Made by a program: the position numbers and the translations under genes | Assembly: GCA_030390025.1 (NCBI GenBank) | Contig: CM059432.1 | Coordinates: 99,264,001 to 99,328,000 of the forward strand | Length of the DNA stretch: 64,000 bases | Direction: 5' to 3' | DNA from: Squalus acanthias | Lineage: Eukaryota | Notes under the pieces: model-generated | Database searches by the model: none | What the model was told of the DNA's origin: nothing | Seen by the model: the letters and a program-made list of their open reading frames with translations, nothing else | Shown: positions 33,691-46,303 of the stretch, in pieces | Layout of the letters: every line of letters starts with the position of its first letter | Position numbering within the stretch: position 1 is the stretch's first letter

Positions 33691-34632
33691 ACAATTTCTA
33701 AATTCAGAAACACAATTTCTAAATTTGAGGATGGCACCCAATTGGGGTGGGATAGTCAATACTGAGGAGGATTGCAACAAATTACAAGAAGACATTAATA
33801 AACTTGCAGAACGGGCATATAATTGGCAAATGAATTTCAACACAAATAAATGTGAGGTATTACATTTTGGTAAGAAAAATAAAGAGGTCACAGAATACTT
33901 GGAAAATAAGAATCTAAATTGGGTGGAGGAGCAAAGGGATCTCGGAGTATAAATACACAAATCAATAAAAGTAGCGACACAGGTTAATAAGGCCATAAAA
34001 GTAGCAAACCAAGCACTTGGGTTTATTTCTAGAGGGATAGAATTGAAAGTTATACTAAACTTGTATCGAACCTTGGTTAGACCTCACTTGGAGTACTGTG
34101 TGCAATTCTGGTCGCCATATTCTAAAAAGGATATAGAGGCACTGGAGAGGGTGCAAAAAATATTTACAAGAATAATACCAGAAATACAAGGTTATACCTA
34201 TCAGGAAAAGATGAACAGACTGGGTCTCTTTTCTCTTGAAGAGAAGGCTGAGGGGTGACCTAATAAAGGTTTTTTAAATTATGGAAGGTTTTGATGGAGT
34301 GGATAGAGAGAGTGTTTCCACTTGTGAGGAAGAGCATAACTAGAGGCCATCAATATAAGATAGTCACCAAGAAATCAAATAGGTAATTCAGAAGAAACTT
34401 CTTTACCCAGAGAATGGTGAGAATGTGGAACTCGCTACCACAGGGAGTGGTTGAAGCGAATAGTATAGATGCATTTAAGGGGAGGCTGGACAAGCATATG
34501 AGGGAGAAGGGAATAGAGGGTTATGCTGATAGAGTTAGATGAGGAAAGACGGGAGGAGGCTCGACTGGAGCTTATACGTCGGCATGGACTGGTTGGGCCG
34601 AATGGCCTGTTTCTGTGCTATATATCCTATGC
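33691..34632 (+). mobile_element. CR1 LINE 3' fragment (same subfamily as 20029-24867)
   Basis: KCEVLHFG, VRPHLEYCVQFWSP; 3' end tatatcctatg. Confidence 0.9.
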
Positions 34633-35188
34633 AATAGCTATTGCTATCAGCATGGGAGTCAAAATGGATGTAAAATTGGGCGAAGATCCAAGTTGCTGGC
34701 TTTCCACTCATCCTGCAATTATTGGAAACTTCCTCTGGGGCAGAAAATGGGCAGTGCAAGCGTTTGCCGAAAACAGGAGAGTGTTTCATTTTGATAATGA
34801 ATTTAAATGTCATGCCAATGAACAAAGGCACAATTTCAAGGGCTTAGTGCCAGGAATACACCTTCCCTTAATTTCACCATTGTAAACAAGGTCTTGGAGG
34901 CAGGCCCATTCTGAGTTGACATGAAGTCAGCATTTAAAAGGCTTTCAGAATAATAGTACCTGGAAGTGAAATTTTTCTGTACATTAGCAGTAGATTATTA
35001 TTTTAAGTGCTAATTTTACCAGTTAATTTTGGAGGATTTTGGCAAAAGAGATTTGATTGGATGAGCTGCAGTTGTTTCAATGATATATTACAAATATAAA
35101 TGTTTCAACAGGTGTTCCATTACTTTTGTGTTATTTGGTGGGTGAAGAAGAGGATGAAAGGAGGCAGGTCAAATTGCAAACAAGGCAG

Positions 35189-36809
35189 TGTAAGGGGTCA
35201 CGGTGCTGGTGCGAGGTGAGGCCTTCGTTGCCTATACTATTGCTTGCTCTGGTCTCCGGCCAGACTTTTGCAATAAGCACCTGTGAGTGGTTCGACCCAC
35301 TCGCCCTTACGGTTCTGACACCTGGACTTAGATGCAAGGAGCAGTAATGCAGAGAAAAGACTCAAATAGACCTGGTTGAATAGCACGAAATGAATATCTT
35401 TATTGCATGGCGTCTAAAATCATGAAATACATGTCATAGGCGCAGATCAAAGAGAGTACAAGTATACACACGTTCATAAAACTTGGTCTATGGAAATGGG
35501 GAACACACGGCACATCGAAAAAGGGGGAACACATTATACATTAACCTAAGAAAACCACCCTCCCTTAATATACCTAAACTACGTCTGGATTTGTAGGATC
35601 GGAAAACATGCTCACCACTCGGCTCACTTCGGAAATTTAAAGTGAGGCACTCAGCTCGTTTTGCTGCAGCGCCTGACTGTCACGTGGTTGTAAGGGTTTC
35701 TGCACCCCACTTGTTTACTCTCGCTGTCACGAAAGGTAAGCCAGATTTCTTGATGTCATGAAGTGGTCGATGGATTCAGACCGGATCGTGGAGTAGTCCG
35801 TAGAATTCAAAGAAAACGGTTCATGTAGTAGTCTGTAGAATTCAAAAATGGATTCTGTCGTTATATCTTCGGGCGCGGTCGGGGTTTACTGACCGCGGCG
35901 GCACGTGGAATTTCTTCTCGTCTTTCTTCTCGTCTTTCTTCTGGTTGCTCGGGCCTCTGGGTCCGGACACCGTTTACCGACGCTCGGGATGGTGTACCCT
36001 GTTACTTGCCCTGTCGAGGCGGCTCGTTCCGATTGAGCTCCACCCAACACTTGAATAACCGACCAGCACGGCGAAAAGTCAAGAGCCAAGAGAGCCCGAG
36101 AGGGTCCAGCCCGAGAGAGAGAGAGAGTCACAGAAGAGGCCAGGAAGCGCTTCAGGAAGAGAGAGCGATGGACATTTGTCCCCTATAGTTATACTGCCTT
36201 GTCCGCCTTATCTCCCGCTCAAATCTAAACGTTTATACTTTGTGTGATTTTGGCGCCCAAAACTCCCAGCATGGGGCGATTATCTTCTTAACGGGTTTCG
36301 GTAACACCTGAAACTGGCCAACTATCCGTTAATACCTTCTCCATTGTTGAGCCAGCCAGGATGTGTATGAATCGTCTCCTCGACTGGTTTTTGGGGCCCC
36401 CCGAATACTGGCTTAATCACCCACCAATGTCTCTCTCATTGTTGAGCCGGGGTGGGTATTTGTGTATTGATGTGTCTGGATGGGTTCTCGATGGCCCAGC
36501 TCAATGATCCTTACTGTGCGTAGGAAACGATTCCAGCACTTATATCATTGCTATTGTCCAAAATGCAAACGGGATGCATCCTGTCTTTACAATGTGTACC
36601 GAGTATGATCCGATCTCATACTGAATGTATATTCGGCGCCATCTTGTCTGCCCACTGTGTCTCTGGAAGCTTCTGCCACGATGCGCGGCGGCCATTTTAC
36701 AGGCTTCTGTGTCCTTTATTATCAGGGCAGCATTTCGTTTAATAAAAATGTTCAATTGAACCTGCTTCTCTCATATTATTTTGAATCGCGATAATTGCGA
36801 AACTCTACA
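35189..36809 (-). mobile_element. Long solo LTR (~1.6 kb), copy A
   Basis: TGTA..TACA ends, 4-bp TSD GCAG, minus-strand AATAAA (~35399-35404), patchy similarity to 47566-49171 and 61900-63557. Confidence 0.82.
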
Positions 36810-36870
36810 GCAGTCTACCCATACCCGCAGTTACCTAGAAAACTTAATCTACAGGTAGGGGGAATCCCAT

Positions 36871-37721
36871 GGGCTGGATTTTCAGTGACCCGTGGAGGTG
36901 GGTTTGGAGGCGTGTGGGGGGTTAAAATTGCAAAAACTGGCGGTCGGGCACAAGTCCGCCTCCATCCTGCCTCCACGCAATTTTCATTAAATCGTGTCTG
37001 CTGGTCCCGACTCCGTCCCGCTTCTAAGAGACGGGATAGGCTGTTAAGGCTCTTAACAAGCACTAAATTGGCTCTATAATGCCATTTTGAAAGGCCTTTG
37101 TGATTTTAACCCTTGTTCTCCGTGAAGCACGCCTGTTCTGAAACACAATTGTGAAACCTGGCGGGAGCACATTTGGATAGCTGACTATCAGTGGCTGTGC
37201 TGACTATCAGTGACTGGCAGGCATCTGGGATGGAGGAACCATATCTGGGAGTGGTGGTGCAAAAAAATTCCTCTCTCTCTCTCTCTCTCTCTCTCATTTT
37301 GCATCCAGGTCCATGTCATGAAGTGGTCGATGGATTCAGACCGGATTGTGGAGTAGTCTGTAGAATTCAAAGAAAACGGTTCATGTAGTAGTCTGTAGAA
37401 TTCAAAAATGGATTCTGTCGTTATATCTTCGGGCGCGGTCGGGGTTTACTGACCACGGCGGCACGTGGAATTTCTTCTCGTCTTTCTTCTCGTCAAAAGG
37501 CCAGGCAGTCTCTGACCTTCAATGCAGCAGCAATGATGACATCATCAGAGGCGACTTTCAGACTGAAACCACTAATTGGTTCATGGGTTCCCACATGCTG
37601 GAACTCAATTGCCCAATTCGGTGAAAATCGCATCAATCTCCCACATCCAATTGCAGTCGGGTGGATAACACGAAAAGCGGATGACACGACCCCAACCCGC
37701 CCCAGTATCAAAATCCAACCC
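36871..37721 (+). mobile_element. Non-autonomous H1-related Harbinger carrying a captured LTR segment
   Basis: TIR GGGCTGGATTTT / AAAATCCAACCC, TSD CAT; arms match ~8233-8550 and ~12197-12425; 37313-37494 copies 35753-35934. Confidence 0.9.
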
Positions 37722-37724
37722 CAT

Positions 37725-37785
37725 GTGTCATCCTCAGCTCAATTGGTAGCACTCTTGCCTCTGAGTCAGAAGATTGTGGGATCAA
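37725..37785 (+). mobile_element. tRNA-derived SINE head fragment
   Basis: gctcaattggtagcactcttgcctctgagtcagaagattgtggg matches the head of the SINE at 63610. Confidence 0.7.
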
Positions 37786-37869
37786 TTTGCATGCATCAAT
37801 ATCATTTGCCAAGTATTTGCGAAACTAACCTTATGATATCATACAGCTTTTATTTTGGTGGTAATCTTC

Positions 37870-38112
37870 CATTCCACCTCCAGGTTTCCCTCCAAGTCAC
37901 ACACCATCCTGACTTGGAAGTATATTGCCTTTCCTTCATCGTCGCTGGGTCAAAATGCTGGAACTCCCTCCCTAACAGCACTGTGGGAGTACCATCACCA
38001 CACGAACTGCAGCGGTTCAAGAAGGTGGCTCACCACCACCTTCTCAAGGGCAATTAGGGATGGGCAATAAATGCTGGCCTTGCCAGTGACGCCCAAATCC
38101 CATGAATGAATT
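37870..38112 (+). mobile_element. LINE 3' end (CR1/L2-group)
   Basis: SKCWNSLP motif; matches the 3' end of the LINE at ~53440-53660. Confidence 0.7.
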
Positions 38113-38351
38113 TTTAAAAAATTCATAATTGTAAGATCAAAAGGGAGTGGCTGAATTTTAAAAAATTCTGGGAAATGTCAGGGCACCGCACAATCTTTGA
38201 AGGAAATAGCAACAACAGCAACAACAGCTTGTATTTATATAGTGCCTTTATCATAGAAACATAGATGCATAGAAGATAGGAGCAGGAGTAGGCCATTCGA
38301 CCCCTCCAGCCTGCTCCGCGATTTAATGAGATCTTGGCTGACCATCCAAAT

Positions 38352-41300
38352 TCAGTACCCTGTCCCTGCTTTCTCCCCATATCCCTTGATCCCTTTAGCC
38401 TTAAGAAATATATCTATCTCCTTCTTGAATATATTTAATGAATTGGCCTCAACTGCCTTCTGTGGTAGAGAATTCCACAGGTTCGCCACTCTCTGGGTGA
38501 AGAAATTCCTCCTCATCTCAGTCCTAAATGGCTTACCCCTTATCCTTAGACTGTGATCTCTGGTTCTGGACTCCCCCGTCATCGGGAACATCCTTCCTGC
38601 ATCTAGTCTGTCTAGTCCTGTTAGAATTTTATAAGTTTCAATGAGATCCCCTCTCATCTTCTAAACTCTAGTGAATATAAGCCTAATCGAACCAATATCT
38701 CTTCATACGTCATTCCTGCCATCCCAGGTATCAGTCTGGTAAATCTTCGCTGCACTCCCTCCATGGCAAGAACATCCTTCCTCAGATAAGGCGACCAAAA
38801 CTGTACACAATACTCAAGGTGTGGTCTCACCAAGGCCTTGCACAACTGCAGCAAGACATCCTTGCTCCTGTACTCGAATCCTCTCGCTATGAAGGCCAAC
38901 ATACCATTTGCCTTCTTAACCGCCTGCTGCACCTGCATGCTTACCTTCAGCAATTGGTGCACAAGGACATCCAGGTCTCATTGCACTTCCCCTTTTCCCA
39001 ATCTAGTGCCGTTCAGATAATAATCTGCCTTCCTGTTTTTGCCACCACAGTGGATAACCTTGCATTTATCCACATTATACTGCATCTGCCATGCATCTGC
39101 CCAATCACCCAACCTGTCCAAATCATACTGGAGTTTCTCTGCATCCTCCTCACAGCACACATGCCCACCCAGCTTTGTGTCGTCTGCAAACTTGGAGATA
39201 TTACATCTATTTCCCTCGTATAGATCATTAATATATATTGGCCCAGAAATTGATCCGGCTGCGCGAGAGTACGCACAGTGTACACTCACGCAGCCAGACT
39301 TCAATTGCCGGTTTTCAGCATGCACTGCGCATGCACTGAAAACCGGCAATTGATCTTTCGAAAAGGGGGCGGGTCCTCAGTGCACCGCGTGCGCGCTACA
39401 GGCTGCGCGCACGCAGTGCACTTCATCGCTTGCGCACGCAGGTAAGTATTGAAGAATCTGGAAAAGAAAAAAGGAAGCGCAGGAGACTCTTTTAACCAGG
39501 TAAGTACATAATTAAGTAGTATTTAGAATTTTTTTTTACAGGTAAATCTTTAGTAGCGACTTTAAAGACAGGTAAGTTTATTTTTATAACATTTTAAAAG
39601 ATTTAAAATTTTTTCAAAAATTTATTTTTTTGTTTAAAAAGGTTAATTTATTTAATTACACTTATTTTAATTATGTGATGGGTTTTTTTTTTAATTTAAT
39701 GGAGGTTTAGCTCTTCTTTTGGGGGCTTGTTGTATTCCTAGTTTTCACAGCAGTTCAATGGCCGCTGTGAATTCTATGAATGAGAGCTTGGTGTGCTGCC
39801 ATTGGCTGTAACTCAGTCACGTGATCCCACAGTACGCTCGAACTAACTTCGCACTGTGGGATCACGATGCACTCGCAGCTGATGGCTGGAACATGAAGTT
39901 CCAGCGAGCTGGGACTGAAAAAGCCAACGCGCAGTGAGACATCGCGGGAAGGGCTTACCCTCGCACGAACCCTCACACTGCAATTTCTGGGCCATTGTGA
40001 ATAGCTGGGGTCCTAGCACCGATCCCAGCGGTACCCCACTAGTCACTGCCTGCCACTCGGAAAAAGACCCGTTTATTCCAACTCTTTGCGTCCTGTCTGC
40101 CAACCAGTTCTCTATCCAAATCAGTACCTTACCCCCAATCCCATGTGTTTTAACTTTGCACGCTAATCTCTTATGCGGGACCTTATCGAAAGCCTTCTGA
40201 AAGTCCAAATACACCACATCCACTGGTTCTCCCTTATCTATTCTACCAGTTACATCCTCAAAAAATTCCAGTAGATTAGTCAGGCATGATTTACCTTTTG
40301 TAAATCCATGTTGACTTTGTCCGATCCTGTCACTGTTTTCCAAGTGCTCTGCTATTATATCTTTTATAATGGACTCTAGCATTTTCCCCACTACCGATGT
40401 CAGGCTTACCGATCTATAATTCCCCATTTTTTCTCCACCACCTTTTTTAAATAGTGGGGTTACATTAGCTACCCTCCAATCCATGGGAACTGTTCCAGAG
40501 TCTATAGAATTTTGGAAGATGACCAGCAATGCATCTATTATTTCTAGGGCCACTTCCTTCAGTTCCCTAGGATGTAGATTATCAGGCCCTGGGGATTTAT
40601 CGGCCTTCAATCCCGTCAATTTCCCTAACACCATTTCCCTACAAATACTGATTTCATTCAATTCCTCCCTCTCATTAGACCCTATGTTCCCCGACATCTC
40701 TGAGAGTTTATTTGTGTCCTCCTTTGTGAAGACAGAACCAAAGTATGTATTTAATTGGTCTGCCATTTCTTTGTTTCCCATGATAAATTCCCCTGATTCT
40801 GACTGCAAGGGACCTACGCTTGACTTCACCAATCTTTTTCTCTTCACATATCTATAGAAGCTTTTACAGTCAGTTTTTTATGTTCCCTGCAAGCTTACTC
40901 TCATATTCTATTTCCCCCTCTTAATTAATCCCTTTGACCTCCTTTGCTGAATCCTGAACTACTCCCAATCCTCAGGTTTGCTGCTTTTTCTGGCCAATTT
41001 ATATGTCCTCTCCTTGGATCTTATGCTATCCCTAATTTCCCTTGTTAATCACGGTTGAGTCACCTTTTTTGTTTTATTTTTATGCCAAACAGGGATGACC
41101 AAATTCTGTAGTTCATCCATGCGATCTTTAAATGTTTTCCATTGCCTATCCACCGGTAACCCTTTAAGTAACGTTCCGTAATCCATCCTAGCCAACTCGC
41201 GCCTCATACCATCGTAGTTTCCTTTATTTAAATTCAGGACCCTAGTCTCTGAGTGAACTACTTCACTCTCCATCTAAATGAAAAATTCTATCATATTATG

Positions 41301-41925
41301 ATCGCTCCGCCCCAAGGGGCCTCGCACAACAAGATTGCTATTTAATCCTTTCTCATTACATAATACCCAGTCTAAGATGGCCTGATCTCCAGTTGGTTCC
41401 TCGACATATTGGTCCAGGAAACCATCCCGTATACACTCTAGGAATTCCTCCTCCACAGTATTGTTACTAATTTGGTTAGCCCAATCTATATGTAGATTAA
41501 AGTCACCCATGATAACTGCAGTGCCCTTATTGCACACGTCTCTAATTTCCTGTTTAATGCCATCCCCAACCTCAGCATTACTGCTTGGGGGTCTGTATAC
41601 AACTCCCACTAACATTTTCTGCCCCTTTGGAATTTCTCAGCTCTACCCATAAAGATTCCACATCATCAGAGCTAATATCCTTCCTTGCTATTGAGTTAAT
41701 CTCCTCTTTAACCAGCAATGCTATCCCACCTCCTCTTCCTTTTTGTCTGTCCTTCCTGAATATTGAATACCCCTGGATGTTGAATTCCCAGCCTTGGTCA
41801 CCCTGGAGCCATGTCTCCATAATCCCAATTATATCATATCCGTTTACATCTATTTGCACAGCTAATTTATCCACGTAATTACAAATGCTCCTCGCATTAA
41901 GACACAAAGCCTTCAGGCTTGTTTT
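38352..41925 (-). pseudogene. CR1 ORF2 (APE endonuclease plus RT), frameshifted and MITE-interrupted
   Basis: CLNARSI, ETWL, VYRPP, GDFN, SDHN, KSPGPD, NYRSVSLTS, QHGF, YLDFQKAFDKV, GVPLGSVLGP, KFADDTKL. Confidence 0.93.
39240..39993. mobile_element. Harbinger-type MITE inserted in CR1 RT
   Basis: Perfect TIR GGCCCAGAAATTG / CAATTTCTGGGCC, TSD ATT; RT sequence (QLFT|IYINDL) is contiguous across it. Confidence 0.92.
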
Positions 41926-42096
41926 TTTAACACTATTAGTCCTTTTAGAATTATTATTTACTGTAGCGCTGTTGATTTACACCCTTGATTTCTCTGCCTT
42001 CCACTTTTGCTTTTCTCCTTCCTGTCTTTTGCTTCTCTCTTGCTTCTCTTTCCTCTGTGTCCCTGCACAGGTTTCCAACCCCCTGCCATTTTAGTT

Positions 42097-43042
42097 TCAA
42101 CCCTCCCCAACAGCACTAGCAAACACTCCCCCTAGGACATCGGTCCCGGTCCTGCCCAGGTGCAAACCGTCCAGTTTGTACTGGTCCCACCTCCCCCAGA
42201 ACCAGTTGCAATATCCCAGGAATTTGAATCCCTCCCCCTTGCACCATTCCTCTAGCCACGTATTCATCTGAAATATCCTTCTATTTCTACTCTGACTGGC
42301 ACGTGGCACCGGTAGCAATCCTGAGATTACTACCTTTGAGGTCCTATTTTTTAATTTACCTCCTAACTCCCTATATTCAGCTTTTAGGACGTCATCCCGT
42401 TTTTTTACCTATATCGTTGGTACCTATATGCACCACGACAACTGGCTGTTCACCCTCCATCTCCAGAATGCCCTGCAGCCGCTCCGAGACATCCTTGACC
42501 TTTGCACCAGGGAGGCCACATACCATCCTGGAGTCTCGTTTGTGGCCGCAGAAACGCCTATCTATTCCCCTTACAATAGAATCCCCTATCACGATAGGTC
42601 TCCCACTCTTTTTCCTCCCGTCCTGTGCAGCAGAACCACCCATGGTGCCAGGAAGGTGGCTGCTGCTGCCTTCCCCCGATAAGTCATCTCCCTCAACAAT
42701 ATCCAAAGTGGAATATCTGTTTGAGAGGGGGATGTCCACAGGGGACCCCTGCACTACCTGCCTGCGCCTACTACTCTGCCTGGTGGTCACCCATTCCCTT
42801 CCTGCTTGTGCAGCCTTTTCCTGCGGTGTGACCAACTCCCTAAACGTGCTATCCACGATGTCCTCAGCATCACGAATGCTCCAGTATACATCCATTCGCA
42901 GCTCCAGCGCCGCAATGCGGTCTGCCAGTAGCTGCAGCTGGATACACTTCCCGCACACATGGTTAACAGGGACACAGGAAGTGTCCCTGATTTCCCACAT
43001 AGTGCAGGAGGAGCATGCCACGGGGCTGAGCTGTGCTGCCAT
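42097..43042 (-). pseudogene. CR1 ORF1: Cys-rich zinc finger, leucine zipper and SGNH esterase
   Basis: CSSC..CGKC, LADRIAALELRM, VIGDSIVRG, VHIGTND, DGLHL; frameshift near 42400. Confidence 0.9.
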
Positions 43043-43356
43043 GACTTACCCTTTAATTAATTTAAATTAACTCAAATCAATACCACAAATTACACTACAA
43101 TTAAATGATATACTCAAGGGCCCTTGTATACTAGCACTCCCTGCTACACAACAGAGACCTTAGAAACTATAACCACAAAAATTAGGACCTTCTAAACTTT
43201 ATAAACTATTAACCTTAACTGTCAAACTACAGAGTAGTATAAATACTCACCTGGCCGTACTCACCCAATCAGCTGCTTCCTCTTGTCGCGTTACTTTTTG
43301 AATTGTGACGTGGCTCTGGAACGCTGCCGCCAGTCTGTGAGATTGGTAAACCTTTG

Positions 43357-43557
43357 AAAAAAAGCCCGCGAAAGTGAGTTTAAATACTCACTGTTCTCTT
43401 CTGTTGCTCCCGACCCCGGCCACTGTAAAATAGCCCGCGAAAGTGAGTTTAAATACTTACTGTTCTCTTCTGTTGCTCCCGACTCCAGCCACTGTGAAAA
43501 AGCCCGCGAAAGTGAGTTTAAATACTCACTGTTCTCTCCTGTTGCTCCCGACTCCGA
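43357..43557. repeat. 69-bp tandem repeat x3 in CR1 5' UTR
   Basis: AGCCCGCGAAAGTGAGTTTAAATACT recurs at 43363, 43432 and 43501. Confidence 0.92.
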
Positions 43558-43560
43558 CCT

Positions 43561-43835
43561 AGTAAATCTTCCCACGGTGCTGCACAGGTGTATTTTAAGA
43601 CAAAAAATTTGGCACCGATCCACATAAGGATAAATTACGACAGGTGACCAAAAGCTTGGTCAAAGAGGTAGTTTTAAGGAGTGTCTTAAAGGAGAAAAGA
43701 GAGGTTGTGAGGCAGAGAGGTTCAGGCAGGGAATTCCAGTGCTTAGGGCCTAGGCAACAGAAGACACGGCCACCAAAGGTTGAGCGATTATAATCAGGGA
43801 TGCACAAGAGGGCAGAATTAGAGGAGCGCAGTTAT
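43561..43835 (-). mobile_element. L2 3' fragment (tail at ~38205-38250)
   Basis: Similar to 4735-5010; KHWNSLP..FKTLLKT. Confidence 0.8.
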
Positions 43836-43839
43836 TGTC

Positions 43840-44170
43840 TGGCGGTTGTCACTGCTACCAATACTGTCATGGACAGATGCATCTGCGACAGGTAGATCTG
43901 TGAGGACGAGGTCAAGTAGGTGTTGGTTCTCTCACCACCTGTCGCAGGCCCAGACTGGCAGCTATGTCCTTCAGGTCAGTCAGTAGTGGTGCTTCCGAGC
44001 TATTCTTGGTGATGGATATTGAAGTCCCCCACCCAGAGTACTTTCCCACCCTTGCTACTCTCAGTGCTTCTTCCAAGTGGTGTTCAACATGGAGCTTTCC
44101 TTGCCCATGCTTGACCTGAAGCCATGAGACTTCATGGGGTCAATGTCAATGTTGAGGACTCCCAGGGCCA
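43840..44170 (-). mobile_element. Degraded LINE endonuclease-region fragment
   Basis: Minus strand reads WVGDFNIHHQE (APE GDFN motif). Confidence 0.6.
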
Positions 44171-44527
44171 CTCTAGTATAGCAAGGTGAAGCAATAGCCT
44201 TCGCTTTGAAAAAAGCCTGAAGGCTACGATTGGAAATTTGATTTTTTTTTCTAGCGACAGCAAATTTGAACAGTCCTTGCTGCTAAACAAATCAGTTGTC
44301 AGGCTTATACTTTCACATATACAGTGCTTAAATTACTGCCTCAGCAAATAGGAAGCCATTTCTTTGCTGTGCACTTTTAACAAAGTTGCTGCTGGTTCTT
44401 CAAATGTGACCACTGATACTGGACCTAATATAATTTAATTATAAATATCTTATCTTTCCAAATTGAACATGTGCCTGCTAGCCTTTCCTTAAATGTATAC
44501 AATGCTGCTTTTTCTTCTTTAATTTAG

Positions 44528-44564
44528 GAGCACACAGATATCATCGATTGTCAGAACAGGGACA
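44528..44564 (+). other. Candidate 37-nt host exon
   Basis: Acceptor ttttttcttctttaatttag and donor ACA|gtaagt in unique AT-rich DNA; all three frames are open. Confidence 0.4.
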
Positions 44565-46303
44565 GTAAGTACTGCAATACCATTTTTTTTTACATTTCCA
44601 TTCTGGTGCTTAATCTATCAGCCATTTCTTTTAAGATGTCACTAATATCTTAGTTAAAAATTGTAAAGACTAGAAGGTGCGGAAAAGTGATAATCAACAG
44701 CTGGAATAGGTTGCCAGGCATAATGGTTGAGGCCAGGATAATTGACTTTTTAAAGGAACAGCTAGATACTGTAATGTCAAGATAGTAGAGTTAGTATTCT
44801 GGAAGGATGAGAACAAATGGGCCAAAGAGCTTTCTTTATTTGAATGTATCATGTGATTTTTGATGACCAAATTACAAATGGTAGGGGTTACCCGGAAAAA
44901 ACAGATGAAAAGAATGGAACTTGCTGCCACAAGGAGGCAGGCAGGAGAAGACAGACAGCAACAACCACTGTAAGGAAACAATGTCAACCAAGAGGCAGGA
45001 GACACATCTCGACAAACAAACTGTCACTCAGCATGAGTCTATAATGCAGTCTTTAAGTCTCTCGTATAAAACACATTTGCTTAAGTGCCTGAAGCATCCA
45101 GTACACAACGGTCATTGTAATATAAGCCCCATATCCTAGCCAAATAAGCCATTCCAATGACTTCCTACCATCTTACCTCAGGAATCATTAACACAATATC
45201 ATTTATCCCCTCCAATCTAATTCTACTCTTCTGAAGTGAAATCTCAGGACGTATTTCAGTTCCAATTATGAACATTTTTATTCCCCTGAACAGTGTGTTT
45301 GGGTGTATTACCCTGGTGTTTTGAGAATGTACGGTACAGTTAGTGACTTTCAAACTGTGAGCTTCTTCCAAATGTTTCTCTAGTTGGAGGAGGAAGGGAA
45401 GTGGATGACTACTGGGTGTCAGTGTCTGCCTCTATTTGTGGCCCCAGCTGAAGCTTGCCGGTGGCGGGGGCAGCAAGATGGTTGTCTCGAACGCCGGCCT
45501 GAGGGTCTCAGGAAAGTCAAGGATGAGGGGTGGAATCAATCGGGGGTGGGGAGGGGGGTGAGTGGCGGCTGGCAGAGGTTCACAGTGGCTCCACAATAAG
45601 GTAAGTAAAACACTTTTAACTTACGTTTCGGGTGGCAGCCCCCAGCGGTTCCTTTAAGGACCCCTAGTTTGGCTGCTGAGCATCTGAAGAAATTGACCAT
45701 AGCATGCATGACGTATACTGGGGTCATTCTCAATTCAATTTCAGAAAGGACCTTGAAACAGGTATTAGGCCCCTGAGTTTCATATACTATGGCCCTAATA
45801 CCATTTTCAGGCATGCCTTAGACACCTACAATAGAGCCCTAACTAATATGGTGGCCTGCGCACTTCTGACACAGAATGACCCTTAGGCATCCATTTTACA
45901 CCTGTTAAACTGATGCAGAGTGATCCAATTTCCAGGCACATATGTCAAATGTGTGAACATGCAGCACTGAGGAACCTTTTGCTGGGATCGTACTTAGCTG
46001 GGGCTGATTTCACAATCGTGTACTTACAATGAAGAGTGACGCTTGCAGAGAATGTAGATCAGAAAATTGTGGGCACAAAGCCTGTGATTTTTCTATCCAT
46101 TAATTTTAATGGATAGAAAAATCAGAAGATTGCATGCCCCTGATTTCCTGAACTGTGATCCTTGTAGCACTGTTCTTCAGTGGGAGTGGCCAATTGTGTA
46201 ATCAGTCCGAGTGTTTTTTACTTGCCACATTTAATGGGATACTTTGATCAATGCTTTGATGCGGCTGGATTTAGAAAAATGAACAGTTGGCAAAGAACAC
46301 GAT

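Larger units (their letters stand above)
38251..43560 (-). mobile_element. Near full-length CR1 LINE
   Basis: 5' UTR with tandem repeats, ORF1, ORF2 (APE plus RT) and (catagaaa)n-like tail; lies within an L2 3' end that continues at 43561. Confidence 0.93.

Noticed and set aside
43291..43623. 110-aa ORF with 23-aa repeats upstream of CR1 ORF1
   Set aside because: Arises from the 69-bp UTR repeat and starts outside the element in L2 sequence.
45385..45935. GC-rich segment resembling a decayed MITE (similar patches ~34650-35030 and ~54230-54480)
   Set aside because: TIRs and TSD cannot be resolved by eye.
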